A stretch of 23,195 nt of DNA from a virus (Duplodnaviria; Heunggongvirae; Uroviricota; Caudoviricetes), in IMG/VR virus record IMGVR_UViG_2713896904_000008, positions 1 to 23,195 of that record; one strand, written 5' to 3'. The notes under the pieces were generated by a model. It was given only the letters and a program-made list of their open reading frames with translations, had not been told where the DNA came from and searched no databases. Positions 8,281-17,200 of this stretch are shown piece after piece. The first letter of the stretch is position 1. The number at the start of each line of letters is the position of its first letter. A program made the translations under genes and the position numbers.

Positions 8281-8349
8281 TAACTCGCCGTCCTTCGGGG
8301 CGGCATCCCTAAATATTGTTAAACCAATAACAATTAAATAGGGGTAATT

Positions 8350-8844
8350 ATGAGTTTAGAACTAATTCCCTTAGTAATTCGTAAAGGCGAAAAAATCACG
8401 CTGGCGAATGAAGAGGGTGTAACAATTCAGGTAGGAAATAATAAAGGTATCATTTATCAGGTTGATGATTCTCCGGCTAATCACGAGATTAAAACCTTAG
8501 ATTTTGCCGAGGGTAAATATACCATCGTAATAACTTTGGATGATGAACTGGTATCAATGCAGGAATTGACTGTTTTGCCAGTATTCGCCAAACAATCCAA
8601 AAAAGAATATCTGCGGGAAACTATCGCCTTAATCGAGCAAGTTATTTTCGCCCGTTTATCTGGGGACGAAGCCGCATTATCTGCAATGACAATAAAGGGT
8701 AATTCCTTTGCCTATGAGTCATTGGGTGTTCTCCAGCAATTGAAGACTGATTATGAACGTCAGTTATCTAAAGTAATTCAAGCCGAACGACGTAAACAGG
8801 GAATTAGCCCGATTAAAAATATCAAATTACGTCTTACGCGATAA
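8350..8844 (+). CDS. Hypothetical head-morphogenesis protein (164 aa) between terminase and portal
   Basis: GGGGTAA RBS; synteny only, no recognisable motif. Confidence 0.55.
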   Translation: MSLELIPLVIRKGEKITLANEEGVTIQVGNNKGIIYQVDDSPANHEIKTLDFAEGKYTIVITLDDELVSMQELTVLPVFAKQSKKEYLRETIALIEQVIFARLSGDEAALSAMTIKGNSFAYESLGVLQQLKTDYERQLSKVIQAERRKQGISPIKNIKLRLTR

Positions 8845-8854
8845 GGGGTAAATC

Positions 8855-10366
8855 ATGTTTAATCTTTTTCGACGCAAAAAGGCGGTAGAAACTCCAGTTA
8901 AAACTAATCACCGCCAGCAACAACAAAAAATCTTTATCGACAAACAAGTAGAAAAATTCCAGAAAGATTTGTCTAAGCGTTCTTTGGGCTTAGTCGGTGA
9001 TCGCATTGATGGACAGCTTCAACAAGACACCATTACAGGAACCTTCAATAAGGCTCTCAAATCGAACGGTAAGCGCCTTTATGATCAGGGTCGTACTCTG
9101 GCTATAAACAATGCTGTAGGTAAGCGATACAAGCAGTATATCGTTGACCAAGTTGTTGGTACGGGGCTTGATCCGAAACCATCAATCGTTAAATCAAATG
9201 GCAAACTTGACACCGCACTGAATAAGCAGATCGAGAATGCTTTCTGGAAGTGGGCGCAGAGTGCTAAACGCTTCTCTCGCAACGGTCGCTTTAACTTCCG
9301 TGAAATGCTGGCAATGGCAGAATCTGAACGTGTTCAGGGTGGAGAATGCTTCATCGTTTTAACCAAAGAGAACAATGAGTTACAAGTTTCTATTCTGTCT
9401 GCTGATAGGTGCGACTGGTCGCTTAGTCGTGAAATAAGCAAAGAACGTGCGATCTATCAGGGGATTGAGTATGACGTAGACACAATGCGCCCTGTAGCAT
9501 ACTGGTTTAGAAAAATCAATCTACTGACTCAGACCTACACTGGCGAAAATTATCGCGTAGATGCTTCTCAGGTGTGCCACTACTACCAGCCACTGTGCGC
9601 GGAAAGTTTACGTGGTGTGACTGACTTCCTGCCAGTGATTAAGGATATTGCGCATCAAGAAGCGTTCCGCGAAACCGCGATCGTCCAGAAACGTATTGCG
9701 GCTAGTTCTATGGGCTTTATCGAACGTCCTAAAGATTCTGGTGACGATTTTGATACTGGTGAAGAGGATGAACAATATCAAGCGCCGGAAGTAGTACAGG
9801 ACTTTGCACCGGGTACTATTCAGGAATTGCCGGAAGGGGCAACAATCAAGAGCATTCAATCATCGCAAAATGGCGATGACTTTAACAGCTTCAATGATGC
9901 GATGTTCACTAGCGTATCAATGGGCTTAGGCGTGTTTAAACAGGGCTTGACTGGTGATACTAGCCAGATCAACTACTCAGCCGCACGTTTTGGTGATTTA
10001 ACTCAGCGTAACCGTGTTAAAGCACTGCAAAACAAATTAATTGAAACAGTGGTATTGCCAATTTTTGAAGCGTATCTACGCCATTATTCCGCGCGTGGTA
10101 TTGTTCCGATTCGTATTACTGCAATTCCGCATATTATCGATAATACAACTATTATTCGTCCGCGTTTTGAATCCGTCGATCCTATTAAAGACGTAAACGC
10201 CGAGATTGCTTTAATTCAAAATGGTCTTAAATCACGTACTGCCGTTATATTAGAACGTGGTGATGATCCTGAAAAAGTATTCTCAGAGATTCAAGCCGAA
10301 AAGAGCGCACTAAATATTATCGTTAATGGCGAGGGTGAAGAAAAAAATTCCCCAGCCGATCCCTAA
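8855..10366 (+). CDS. Portal protein (503 aa)
   Basis: Size, position after terminase, lambda-type portal-like composition; GGGGTAA RBS. Confidence 0.8.
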   Translation: MFNLFRRKKAVETPVKTNHRQQQQKIFIDKQVEKFQKDLSKRSLGLVGDRIDGQLQQDTITGTFNKALKSNGKRLYDQGRTLAINNAVGKRYKQYIVDQVVGTGLDPKPSIVKSNGKLDTALNKQIENAFWKWAQSAKRFSRNGRFNFREMLAMAESERVQGGECFIVLTKENNELQVSILSADRCDWSLSREISKERAIYQGIEYDVDTMRPVAYWFRKINLLTQTYTGENYRVDASQVCHYYQPLCAESLRGVTDFLPVIKDIAHQEAFRETAIVQKRIAASSMGFIERPKDSGDDFDTGEEDEQYQAPEVVQDFAPGTIQELPEGATIKSIQSSQNGDDFNSFNDAMFTSVSMGLGVFKQGLTGDTSQINYSAARFGDLTQRNRVKALQNKLIETVVLPIFEAYLRHYSARGIVPIRITAIPHIIDNTTIIRPRFESVDPIKDVNAEIALIQNGLKSRTAVILERGDDPEKVFSEIQAEKSALNIIVNGEGEEKNSPADP

Positions 10367-10411
10367 TAACCAACGGGGGCGCAATGCCCCCAATTAATTA
10401 AAGGTGATTAA

Positions 10412-12415
10412 ATGCTTAAATTTCGCCGCGATCTTAACGGTTACGGTGGAGTTATTAACGAAGGGCATAACGATCAATACGAATTTGAAATTGCTTTCTC
10501 AAGTACACAGCCTTATCAGCGCCAATTTTGGGATGAGCAAAATCAAGAAATGGTGGTATTAGATGAAATTCTGGTACATACACCGGAAGCGGTTGATCTG
10601 TCTCGTCTGAATAATAACGCTCCGTTGCTGTTCAATCATAATTTCGATAATCATTTAGGTGTAGTCTGCGACGCTCGAATCGATGCGGATAACGTAGGCC
10701 GTGCTCTGGTTAAATTCTCTAAGCATGGCACTTTGGCTAATGATGTTCGTAATAAAGTCATTGAAGGTACGATGGAAAAAATTTCTGTCGGCTATGACAT
10801 TAAAGAATATCACATCGATTACGCTAAAGGACAATTGATTGTTACTAAGTGGGCACCCTTTGAAATTTCATTTGTGACAGTTCCTGCTGACGATTCGGTC
10901 GGTTTAAATCGCTCTCTAAATACTATCACAGTTAATTTGGAGGCTAAACGCGATATGACTAAAGAACAAATCGAACAAGTTAAAGACGAAGAAAAAGAAG
11001 TCGCTCAGGTTGAAGAAACTCCGGTAGAAGAAAATAAAGAACCGGAAGTAGAAGAAACTCAAGAGCGCCAAGTTGAAGAGAATAAAGAAGATGAAAATCT
11101 CGAAGACGGAAAAGACGCTGAACATCCTGAAAGTGTTGATGATGATAGTTCAACTGTTCGGGAAGCAGAAGAAATAAAAGAAGAACGTGAAGCTGCTCCG
11201 GTTGAAGAAGAAAAAATCGAGGAAGTGGCTGAACGTTCCGAAGAAGACGAATTAGAAATTCGCGAAATTGCACGCGAACTAAATATTGATGACGAAGAAT
11301 TGAAACGCGCATTGGCAAATAAAGAAATGACGCCGGAAGCATTCCGCACTAAGGCACTAAATAACATTACCAATGCTCAACGTAATAACGAACAAATTAA
11401 GGACTCTAAAATGGAAAAAACTTTTGACCTGAACAACGTAATTCGCTCTCTGGTAGATGGTGAAGCTCTGGGTGCTAACGAAGCCGAGTTTTCTGCAATG
11501 GCTGCTACTGCAACTATGCAGCGTGGTCGTGCTGCTCGTGGTGGCTCTGTATTCGTTCCGGCTGCTGCTATGCGTGCTGCTGCTGCTGGTAACACCAAAG
11601 CCGATCTGACTGCTATCACCGACGAAAAACTGATGACTGAATCCTACATCGAAATGCTGATGCCGGAATCTGTTCTGGGTCGTCTGGGTGTGACTGTTTA
11701 CAGTGGCTTGAATGCTCCGACCGCTATTCCAAAAATGACTAAATCCAGCGTTGATGCTTTCGGCTTCGTTGATGAAAACGGTGCTGCGCCAGAAAGCAAA
11801 GCTGAATTTGCGAACGTGAAACTGTCTCCTAAGACTTTCGCTGGTGGCAACCCGATCAGCCGTCAGAGCATTAAAACCGTTCCGGGTATCGCTACCCTGA
11901 TCACTGATCACATCAACCAGGCCGTTCGCATCAAACTGGAACAACTGATTCTGTCTGACAAAGCTAACGATCGTGGTCCGGATGGTCTGGTTAAACAACT
12001 GGTAGACGCTAGCCGTGTTACTAAGAAAGCCGCTTTCAGCTACAAAGACTTCCTGAAAGAAATTGCAGCACTGACTGATGCTGGCGTTCCTGCTCAGGCG
12101 ATCAAGTTTGCAATGAGCGGTGCAACTGCTGCTGAACTGGAATCTACCCTGAAAGATAACGGCGTTTCCGGTTATATCATCGAAAACGGCAAACTGGCTG
12201 GTTACGATGTAGTTACTTCTGGTGTTATTCCGGCAGACCACATCGTTCTGGGTGACTTCTCCGGTATCACTATCGGTGAGTGGGGCGGTCTGGAACTGGA
12301 TATGGACGACACTACCTACCGTGCACAGTCCGCTATCGTTCCGCGTATCTGGGTAGATCTGGATTATGTTGTTACTCAGCCGGAAGCTCTGAAAGTTCTT
12401 CACATCTCCGAATGA
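10412..12415 (+). CDS. Prohead protease - acidic scaffold/delta region - major capsid protein fusion ORF (667 aa)
   Basis: N-terminal ~170 aa with prohead-protease-like LLFNHNFDNHLG ... ISVGY motifs; Glu/Lys-rich acidic middle (res ~190-330); Ala/Gly-rich capsid-like C-terminal domain with extreme codon bias; stop TGA. Confidence 0.8.
   Translation: MLKFRRDLNGYGGVINEGHNDQYEFEIAFSSTQPYQRQFWDEQNQEMVVLDEILVHTPEAVDLSRLNNNAPLLFNHNFDNHLGVVCDARIDADNVGRALVKFSKHGTLANDVRNKVIEGTMEKISVGYDIKEYHIDYAKGQLIVTKWAPFEISFVTVPADDSVGLNRSLNTITVNLEAKRDMTKEQIEQVKDEEKEVAQVEETPVEENKEPEVEETQERQVEENKEDENLEDGKDAEHPESVDDDSSTVREAEEIKEEREAAPVEEEKIEEVAERSEEDELEIREIARELNIDDEELKRALANKEMTPEAFRTKALNNITNAQRNNEQIKDSKMEKTFDLNNVIRSLVDGEALGANEAEFSAMAATATMQRGRAARGGSVFVPAAAMRAAAAGNTKADLTAITDEKLMTESYIEMLMPESVLGRLGVTVYSGLNAPTAIPKMTKSSVDAFGFVDENGAAPESKAEFANVKLSPKTFAGGNPISRQSIKTVPGIATLITDHINQAVRIKLEQLILSDKANDRGPDGLVKQLVDASRVTKKAAFSYKDFLKEIAALTDAGVPAQAIKFAMSGATAAELESTLKDNGVSGYIIENGKLAGYDVVTSGVIPADHIVLGDFSGITIGEWGGLELDMDDTTYRAQSAIVPRIWVDLDYVVTQPEALKVLHISE
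11411..12415 (+). CDS. Major capsid protein translated from an in-frame internal start (334 aa), nested in the fusion ORF
   Basis: AAGGA at 11399-11403, 7 nt before in-frame ATG 11411; codon usage switches to highly-expressed type (ctg, cgt, ggt, gct, ccg) from about this point. Confidence 0.5.
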   Translation: MEKTFDLNNVIRSLVDGEALGANEAEFSAMAATATMQRGRAARGGSVFVPAAAMRAAAAGNTKADLTAITDEKLMTESYIEMLMPESVLGRLGVTVYSGLNAPTAIPKMTKSSVDAFGFVDENGAAPESKAEFANVKLSPKTFAGGNPISRQSIKTVPGIATLITDHINQAVRIKLEQLILSDKANDRGPDGLVKQLVDASRVTKKAAFSYKDFLKEIAALTDAGVPAQAIKFAMSGATAAELESTLKDNGVSGYIIENGKLAGYDVVTSGVIPADHIVLGDFSGITIGEWGGLELDMDDTTYRAQSAIVPRIWVDLDYVVTQPEALKVLHISE

Positions 12416-12553
12416 ACTAACGTAGAACCTTCTGAACCTTCCCCCGATTTGGGGGAAGAAAATCTGATTCCATCTCAGGAAGAAGAATCCCAGACGGTTA
12501 CGGCGAAAGCCACAGCTAAAAAGGCGGGTCGTCCGCCGAAAGCAAAAGAATAA
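12416..12553 (+). other. In-frame open extension after the capsid TGA stop (45 codons: TNVEPSEPSPDLGEENLIPSQEEESQTVTAKATAKKAGRPPKAKE, then TAA TAA); candidate readthrough segment
   Basis: Hand translation in the capsid frame shows no stop until 12551-12553; perfect 8-bp hairpin cttccccc-gattt-gggggaag at 12438-12458. Confidence 0.45.
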
Positions 12554-12558
12554 TAATT

Positions 12559-12586
12559 AGCCCTGCCTAACGGTGGGGCTTTTTTG
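12559..12586 (+). terminator. Rho-independent terminator (agccctgcc-taac-ggtggggct + TTTTT)
   Basis: Stem with G-U pairs and T-run; same terminator family as 18458 and 19731. Confidence 0.75.
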
Positions 12587-12616
12587 TATGTAAATACTCC
12601 ATAAAAGGGGGTAACT

Positions 12617-12907
12617 ATGTTCAAATTATCAGAATCACAATTAAATCGAATGTTTAAGAGTGCTCCTGTTTTTGTCGTGGAAGGTGGTAAATCAATTCGT
12701 GCTTACCATGAAATTACTACTACCGACGAACAAGGGGTATGGACAGAATCAGAATTCTTATTCTGTCGTGAGGGAGATTTAAAGCAAGGTGATATTGTCA
12801 TTGTAGAAAATCAGCGTTTCAAAGTTCAATACATTAAGCGCAATGGTGACAATACCAGTGATTGCTTTATCACTTTAGCAGGGGGTGCTCATGCTCGCTA
12901 CCGTTAA
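12617..12907 (+). CDS. Putative head-completion / head-tail adaptor protein (96 aa)
   Basis: GGGGGTAA RBS; small ORF directly after capsid gene; synteny-based. Confidence 0.5.
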   Translation: MFKLSESQLNRMFKSAPVFVVEGGKSIRAYHEITTTDEQGVWTESEFLFCREGDLKQGDIVIVENQRFKVQYIKRNGDNTSDCFITLAGGAHARYR

Positions 12908-13313
12908 TAATATGCCACGTCTTAAGATTAAACGTGCTTTACAGGATATTATCGAACAAGATCTAGGTCTGGCTTTAAACGTAGAACAAACTCAGCAAGG
13001 CTTTAGTGATGACGTGGTTTGTTGGATCACCGGAATGAATGAGACTTACAATAGGGTCCGTGGCGGTAATGCAATGCAAGCTGAATGCGTTATCGAAATG
13101 CAATTGTATTCTCAGATTCATGAAACCAAAATTCATGAGGGTATTTGCCAGATAATCCAGATTCAGCCAGATAACCCACGTTTTAAAGATTTGGGCTTCG
13201 CTATTTCAGATATCACTCCAGTAGCCTCTAATACCGATTATGACGACGATTCTAGTGATGGGGGTATCGTTGGGACACTTAGCCTTAAATTTTCTTATCT
13301 AGCGCGTTTTTAA
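12891..13313 (+). CDS. Putative head-tail joining / tail completion protein (141 aa from ATG 12891; ORF track starts at GTG 12885)
   Basis: AGGGGG 5 nt before ATG 12891; 17-nt overlap with upstream gene suggests translational coupling; synteny-based. Confidence 0.5.
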   Translation: MLATVNNMPRLKIKRALQDIIEQDLGLALNVEQTQQGFSDDVVCWITGMNETYNRVRGGNAMQAECVIEMQLYSQIHETKIHEGICQIIQIQPDNPRFKDLGFAISDITPVASNTDYDDDSSDGGIVGTLSLKFSYLARF

Positions 13314-13322
13314 GGGGTAATA

Positions 13323-14156
13323 ATGAATATTACGCATGATAACTTAGATATTTTTACGGGATCACATGTTGAAGTGTCGATCTCTAACCAGCTAGACAAT
13401 CAGGTCGACTTTTTCGATCCTAGCTTTAGTTCTATTGAGAACATCGCAGCATTCCCTACTCTAACCGAATCCACAGAGATAGAAACTCTGGAAGAGTATG
13501 ATCATGATGCTACTGGTAAGCTGGCTGGCTATCGCAAACTTGAACCGACTACGCTCACAGTAAACCGTGTTCTGGATGACGAACATCAAGCAATGTTGAT
13601 GAAAGCGGTAGAGGATAAAACACCTTTACGCTTCCGTATGTTCTATGTTGTGAACTCTGGCTATAGTGCTGCTAACACTGGTTACTATGTCATCTATGAT
13701 GCTTACGTCACATCACACAAAACCCGTGGTAGTGATAACAAAGCTGTAACACTGGAATTCAAACTTGAACCAGATGGCGGGATTCTTGCAAGGGGTATAG
13801 CGACCGAGGGAAAACTCATCCGACAAGGGGATTTTGGCGTAGGCTCAGGCGTTAGCCCATTCACCGGACCTATTGATAGTGAATCTCTGACAGGAAACCG
13901 CTTTGTAACCTACAAAGGAACGGCCAGCACTAACCCTTATGGTGCTGATACATCGTTAATTCATCTTCAAGCTAATGAGCATGGCGCATGGCAATTAACG
14001 TGTAATACTTCCGGTGCTCCACGTTTGCGGGTACGAAATATTCAGGACAACGGAAAATCGGAATGGATTAAAGTCTATACAACAAACGAGAAGCCTACGC
14101 CAGCCGAAATTGGCGCAGTGGCTAAGACGGACCGGATCGATTTCGGTGAGTATTAA
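13323..14156 (+). CDS. Tail-tube-fold paralog of the major tail protein with a C-terminal tail-fibre-like domain (277 aa)
   Basis: N-terminal ~150 aa align by eye with ORF 17865..18341 (DIFTG; FP-T; TLTVN; KA-ED-T; YYV; TG-; EF-); C-terminus IKVYTTNEKPTPAEIGA matches tail-fibre segment YKMYHEGDKPTPGEIGA. Confidence 0.65.
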   Translation: MNITHDNLDIFTGSHVEVSISNQLDNQVDFFDPSFSSIENIAAFPTLTESTEIETLEEYDHDATGKLAGYRKLEPTTLTVNRVLDDEHQAMLMKAVEDKTPLRFRMFYVVNSGYSAANTGYYVIYDAYVTSHKTRGSDNKAVTLEFKLEPDGGILARGIATEGKLIRQGDFGVGSGVSPFTGPIDSESLTGNRFVTYKGTASTNPYGADTSLIHLQANEHGAWQLTCNTSGAPRLRVRNIQDNGKSEWIKVYTTNEKPTPAEIGAVAKTDRIDFGEY

Positions 14157-14186
14157 GATTGCGTACCTAAATAAAACATGAACGTT

Positions 14187-14212
14187 GGGAGGTTAACGCC
14201 TCCCTTATTCCT
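14187..14212 (+). terminator. Candidate terminator hairpin (gggagg-ttaacg-cctccc + U-rich tail)
   Basis: 6-bp GC stem followed by ttattcctgtttta. Confidence 0.4.
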
Positions 14213-14233
14213 GTTTTATAGTGAGGTGATTCG

Positions 14234-17200
14234 ATGCAGTCGATCCAATTTAAACGCACACAGACGGCTGGTAAAAAGCCAACGCCGGAACAATTACAGG
14301 TCGGTGAAATCGCTATTCAGATGGCAGACCATGTAATTTATACCAAAGATAAAAATAACGCAGTAGTTCAAGTAAGTGTTTCTCCTGAAAGTCATAATGC
14401 TTTAAACACAAAAGTAGACAATAACAAGAAAACTACTGATGCGACTATCGCGGCAAATAAAACCGAAGCTGCTAACGCTCTGGCTACCGCTAAATCTGAA
14501 CTGAATAACACGATTAACACGAAAGATACAGCGACCAATAAGCGCATTGATGCTACTAACACCACTGTTAGTAACTTAACCCAGACAGTTACGGCAAATA
14601 AAACCGACGCTGACACCAAGATCAATAACCTTACGGGGACAGTTGCATCTAACAAATCAGCTATTGAAACTACAGTAGCTAATAACAAACGAGATGCGGA
14701 CAATAAAATCGCAGCTTTAACCACGACGGTTAATGACAATAACACCGCGATTAACAACAAAGTTAATACCACTAACACCAACGTTAGCAACTTAACTAAA
14801 ACTGTTACTGCAAATAAAACCGATGCAGATAACAAAATTTCTAGCTTAACTAGCACGGTTGCAGCTAACAAAACAGCGATTGAAAAGGTCGTTTCCGACA
14901 ACAAGAAAGATGCTGATACTAAAATCAGTAACCTTACAGGGACGGTGAATAGCAACCATACCGCTATTAACGCAAAGGTTGACAAAAACAAAACTGATAC
15001 TGATTCAGCGATCGCAGCCGCTAACCGTCGAATTGATTCTATTGAAGGTAGTAACGATGCTCTTTACATCAAGAAGAATACCAACACTTATCATCACGGC
15101 TATTTGTTAACCAAAACAGCTAACTATCTGGAAGACCAGACATCACGAGATCTTAACTACTTTGGTGCTTTCCGAACTAATGGACAAGATGGACTCATGG
15201 ATCTAACTCTTAATGTTCCTCATTCTGCCGGTAAAGCGCACGGTCGCGGATTTACTTTCCGTTATGCGTCTGGTGGATCTCGTGTTGAAACCTATGGTTT
15301 TGATAGAGAAGGACAGAAGAACTTTAGCTATAAGATGTATCACGAAGGTGATAAGCCGACTCCTGGCGAAATCGGTGCATACACTAAAGCAGAAGTTGAC
15401 AAGATGTTTGTTAAAAACGTCACTATGTCTGTTCCTAATTCTAGCGAAAACGTATCTGCATATTTCAAATTGGCAACCGCAACAATTCCACAAAACGGGC
15501 GTAGTGTGTTTTTCCGTATTCATGGTGGTAATGGTTACAACGTTACGGCATATGACCAAGTTGATGTAGTAGAAATTCTTCTCCGTAGTGGTAACGATAG
15601 ACCTAAAGGACTTAACGTAATTGCATACCGTAGAAATACAAACAAAGATTTTGAGGTATTTGCTGTCAATACTTCCGGTGATAACTATGATATCTACGTG
15701 AAATATCAGCGTTATACCGATAACGTTATTGTCGAATATGGGAAATCTGTTTATGTAAGTTTGACGGTTTATGATACGCCGGAAGCCACGTTAATTAAAC
15801 CTTCCGTTGGTGTTATCGGTGGTCGCAACGTAACTCTTTTTAACACAGAAAATAAACGTGGTGTGTTGAGTTTTGACGACAATACACAAAACAGCTATGA
15901 CATTGTTCATCTAAGCAATGATAGAGGTACTGGACGGAAATATATTCGTAAATTCCGTAGCAACTATAACGAAATGATCTGGCATGAGACTGTTCAAGGT
16001 AATACATATCGATTGGCAACCGGAACGACTGATGCATCGGAAGTTTTTAGAATTACTAGTCGCACCATGTTTACTGGTAAAGGTGTATTTGATGCCGGAC
16101 AAAACGTTCTTAGATTAGAGCGTCCTAGCAACCAATCAAACTATATTGAATGGCAAGACCGCCGAAATGGTGCTGATGCTCGTCAAGGTTGGATCGGTTT
16201 TGGTGGTGCTGAAACAAATAACTTTCAATGGTATAGCGATCAAGGAAAAAACTCATTCCTGTTGGATGCTAATGGTCAATGCTCTATTATTACTGGTGCA
16301 ACAAAAATTGTATATACCAACGGTGAATATTGCTCTGGCAACTCTAACGCATATCGTATGGCATTTGGTAACTATGGCGCATTCTGGCGTAATGACGGCA
16401 CTAAAGTTTATCTGTTGTCTACTGCTGAAAACGATAAGTTGGGCGGCTGGAATACTTATCGACCATTCATTTATGATTTAACTTCCGGTAACGTTCAATT
16501 AGGCGGTGATGGTAACGAAGATGCATTAACGTTAGAACGTGCTTCTCGTGCCGCTCGCTTTAGTAATGACGTTTACATTAAGAAAGGGCATTTGACTTTC
16601 GACGCTGGACGATTAGGATCTCGTGATTTCTTTAAAATCAACCATTGGGGTGATAGCAATAACGCCCGTGATAACATTTTGCAGTTTGAAGACAGTCAGG
16701 GCGCACATTTTACCACTGAACGTGCTATGGGTACTGGTAACATAACAGCACGTTTTAAAGGCTTTGTTCGTGTTGAGTCTGGTGAGATTGCATTTGATGC
16801 TAATCGGGGGTCGCAGTCTCAATTCACCTTACACACATGGGGTAACGAGCAACGCAAACAGGTTTTTGAATGTAAGGATGCTACAAGTTATCACTGGTAT
16901 ACTGAACGTACTCAGGGTGGCACTGGACCTATTCTGTTCGCTATGGCGGGTAGTCTAAACGTTGCTAGCAATATCACAACAACTGGTGCTGATATTACGT
17001 TTAAACGCGCTGGCAATAAGCACATCTGGTTTAGAGATCCAGACGGTTTAGAGTTAGGCTTGATGTACTGCGATGATGCTGGTGCTATTCGCTTCCGTGG
17101 TCAGAAACAAGCCCAGACGTGGAAACTTGCGGATAAGATGATTCATCTTGAATCTGGTAGCGTCGGCGGGTCTGATAAAGGTTTGATTCGTGGTAACGTT

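Noticed and set aside
8287-8304. UUCG-loop hairpin after terminase as an intrinsic terminator
   Set aside because: Good 7-bp stem but no U-run follows; more likely an mRNA stability or processing hairpin. Similar weak hairpins at 10375-10391 and 17817-17835.
10916-11373. Minus-strand ORFs in the acidic scaffold region
   Set aside because: Repetitive GAA/AAA-rich coding DNA gives open antisense frames (Phe/Leu-rich); no start context.
11357-12403. 348-aa minus-strand ORF
   Set aside because: Antisense shadow of the highly biased capsid coding region; low-complexity Ser/Thr/Arg-rich translation, no RBS, fully nested in a well-supported gene.
12413-12460. Selenocysteine insertion at the capsid UGA
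   Set aside because: The downstream hairpin is 23 nt away and lacks the features of a bacterial SECIS; the major tail UGA has no comparable hairpin; readthrough is the simpler explanation.
14392-14991. 199-aa minus-strand hydrophobic ORF
   Set aside because: Antisense of the tail-fibre tandem-repeat region; the Leu/Val-rich translation is an artefact of reading the Asn/Thr/Lys codons backwards.
15203-16481. ORFs 15203..15559 (-), 15213..15569 (+), 15840..16102 (-), 16146..16481 (+) inside the tail fibre gene
   Set aside because: Alternative-frame or antisense ORFs nested in a long, well-supported gene; no start signals.
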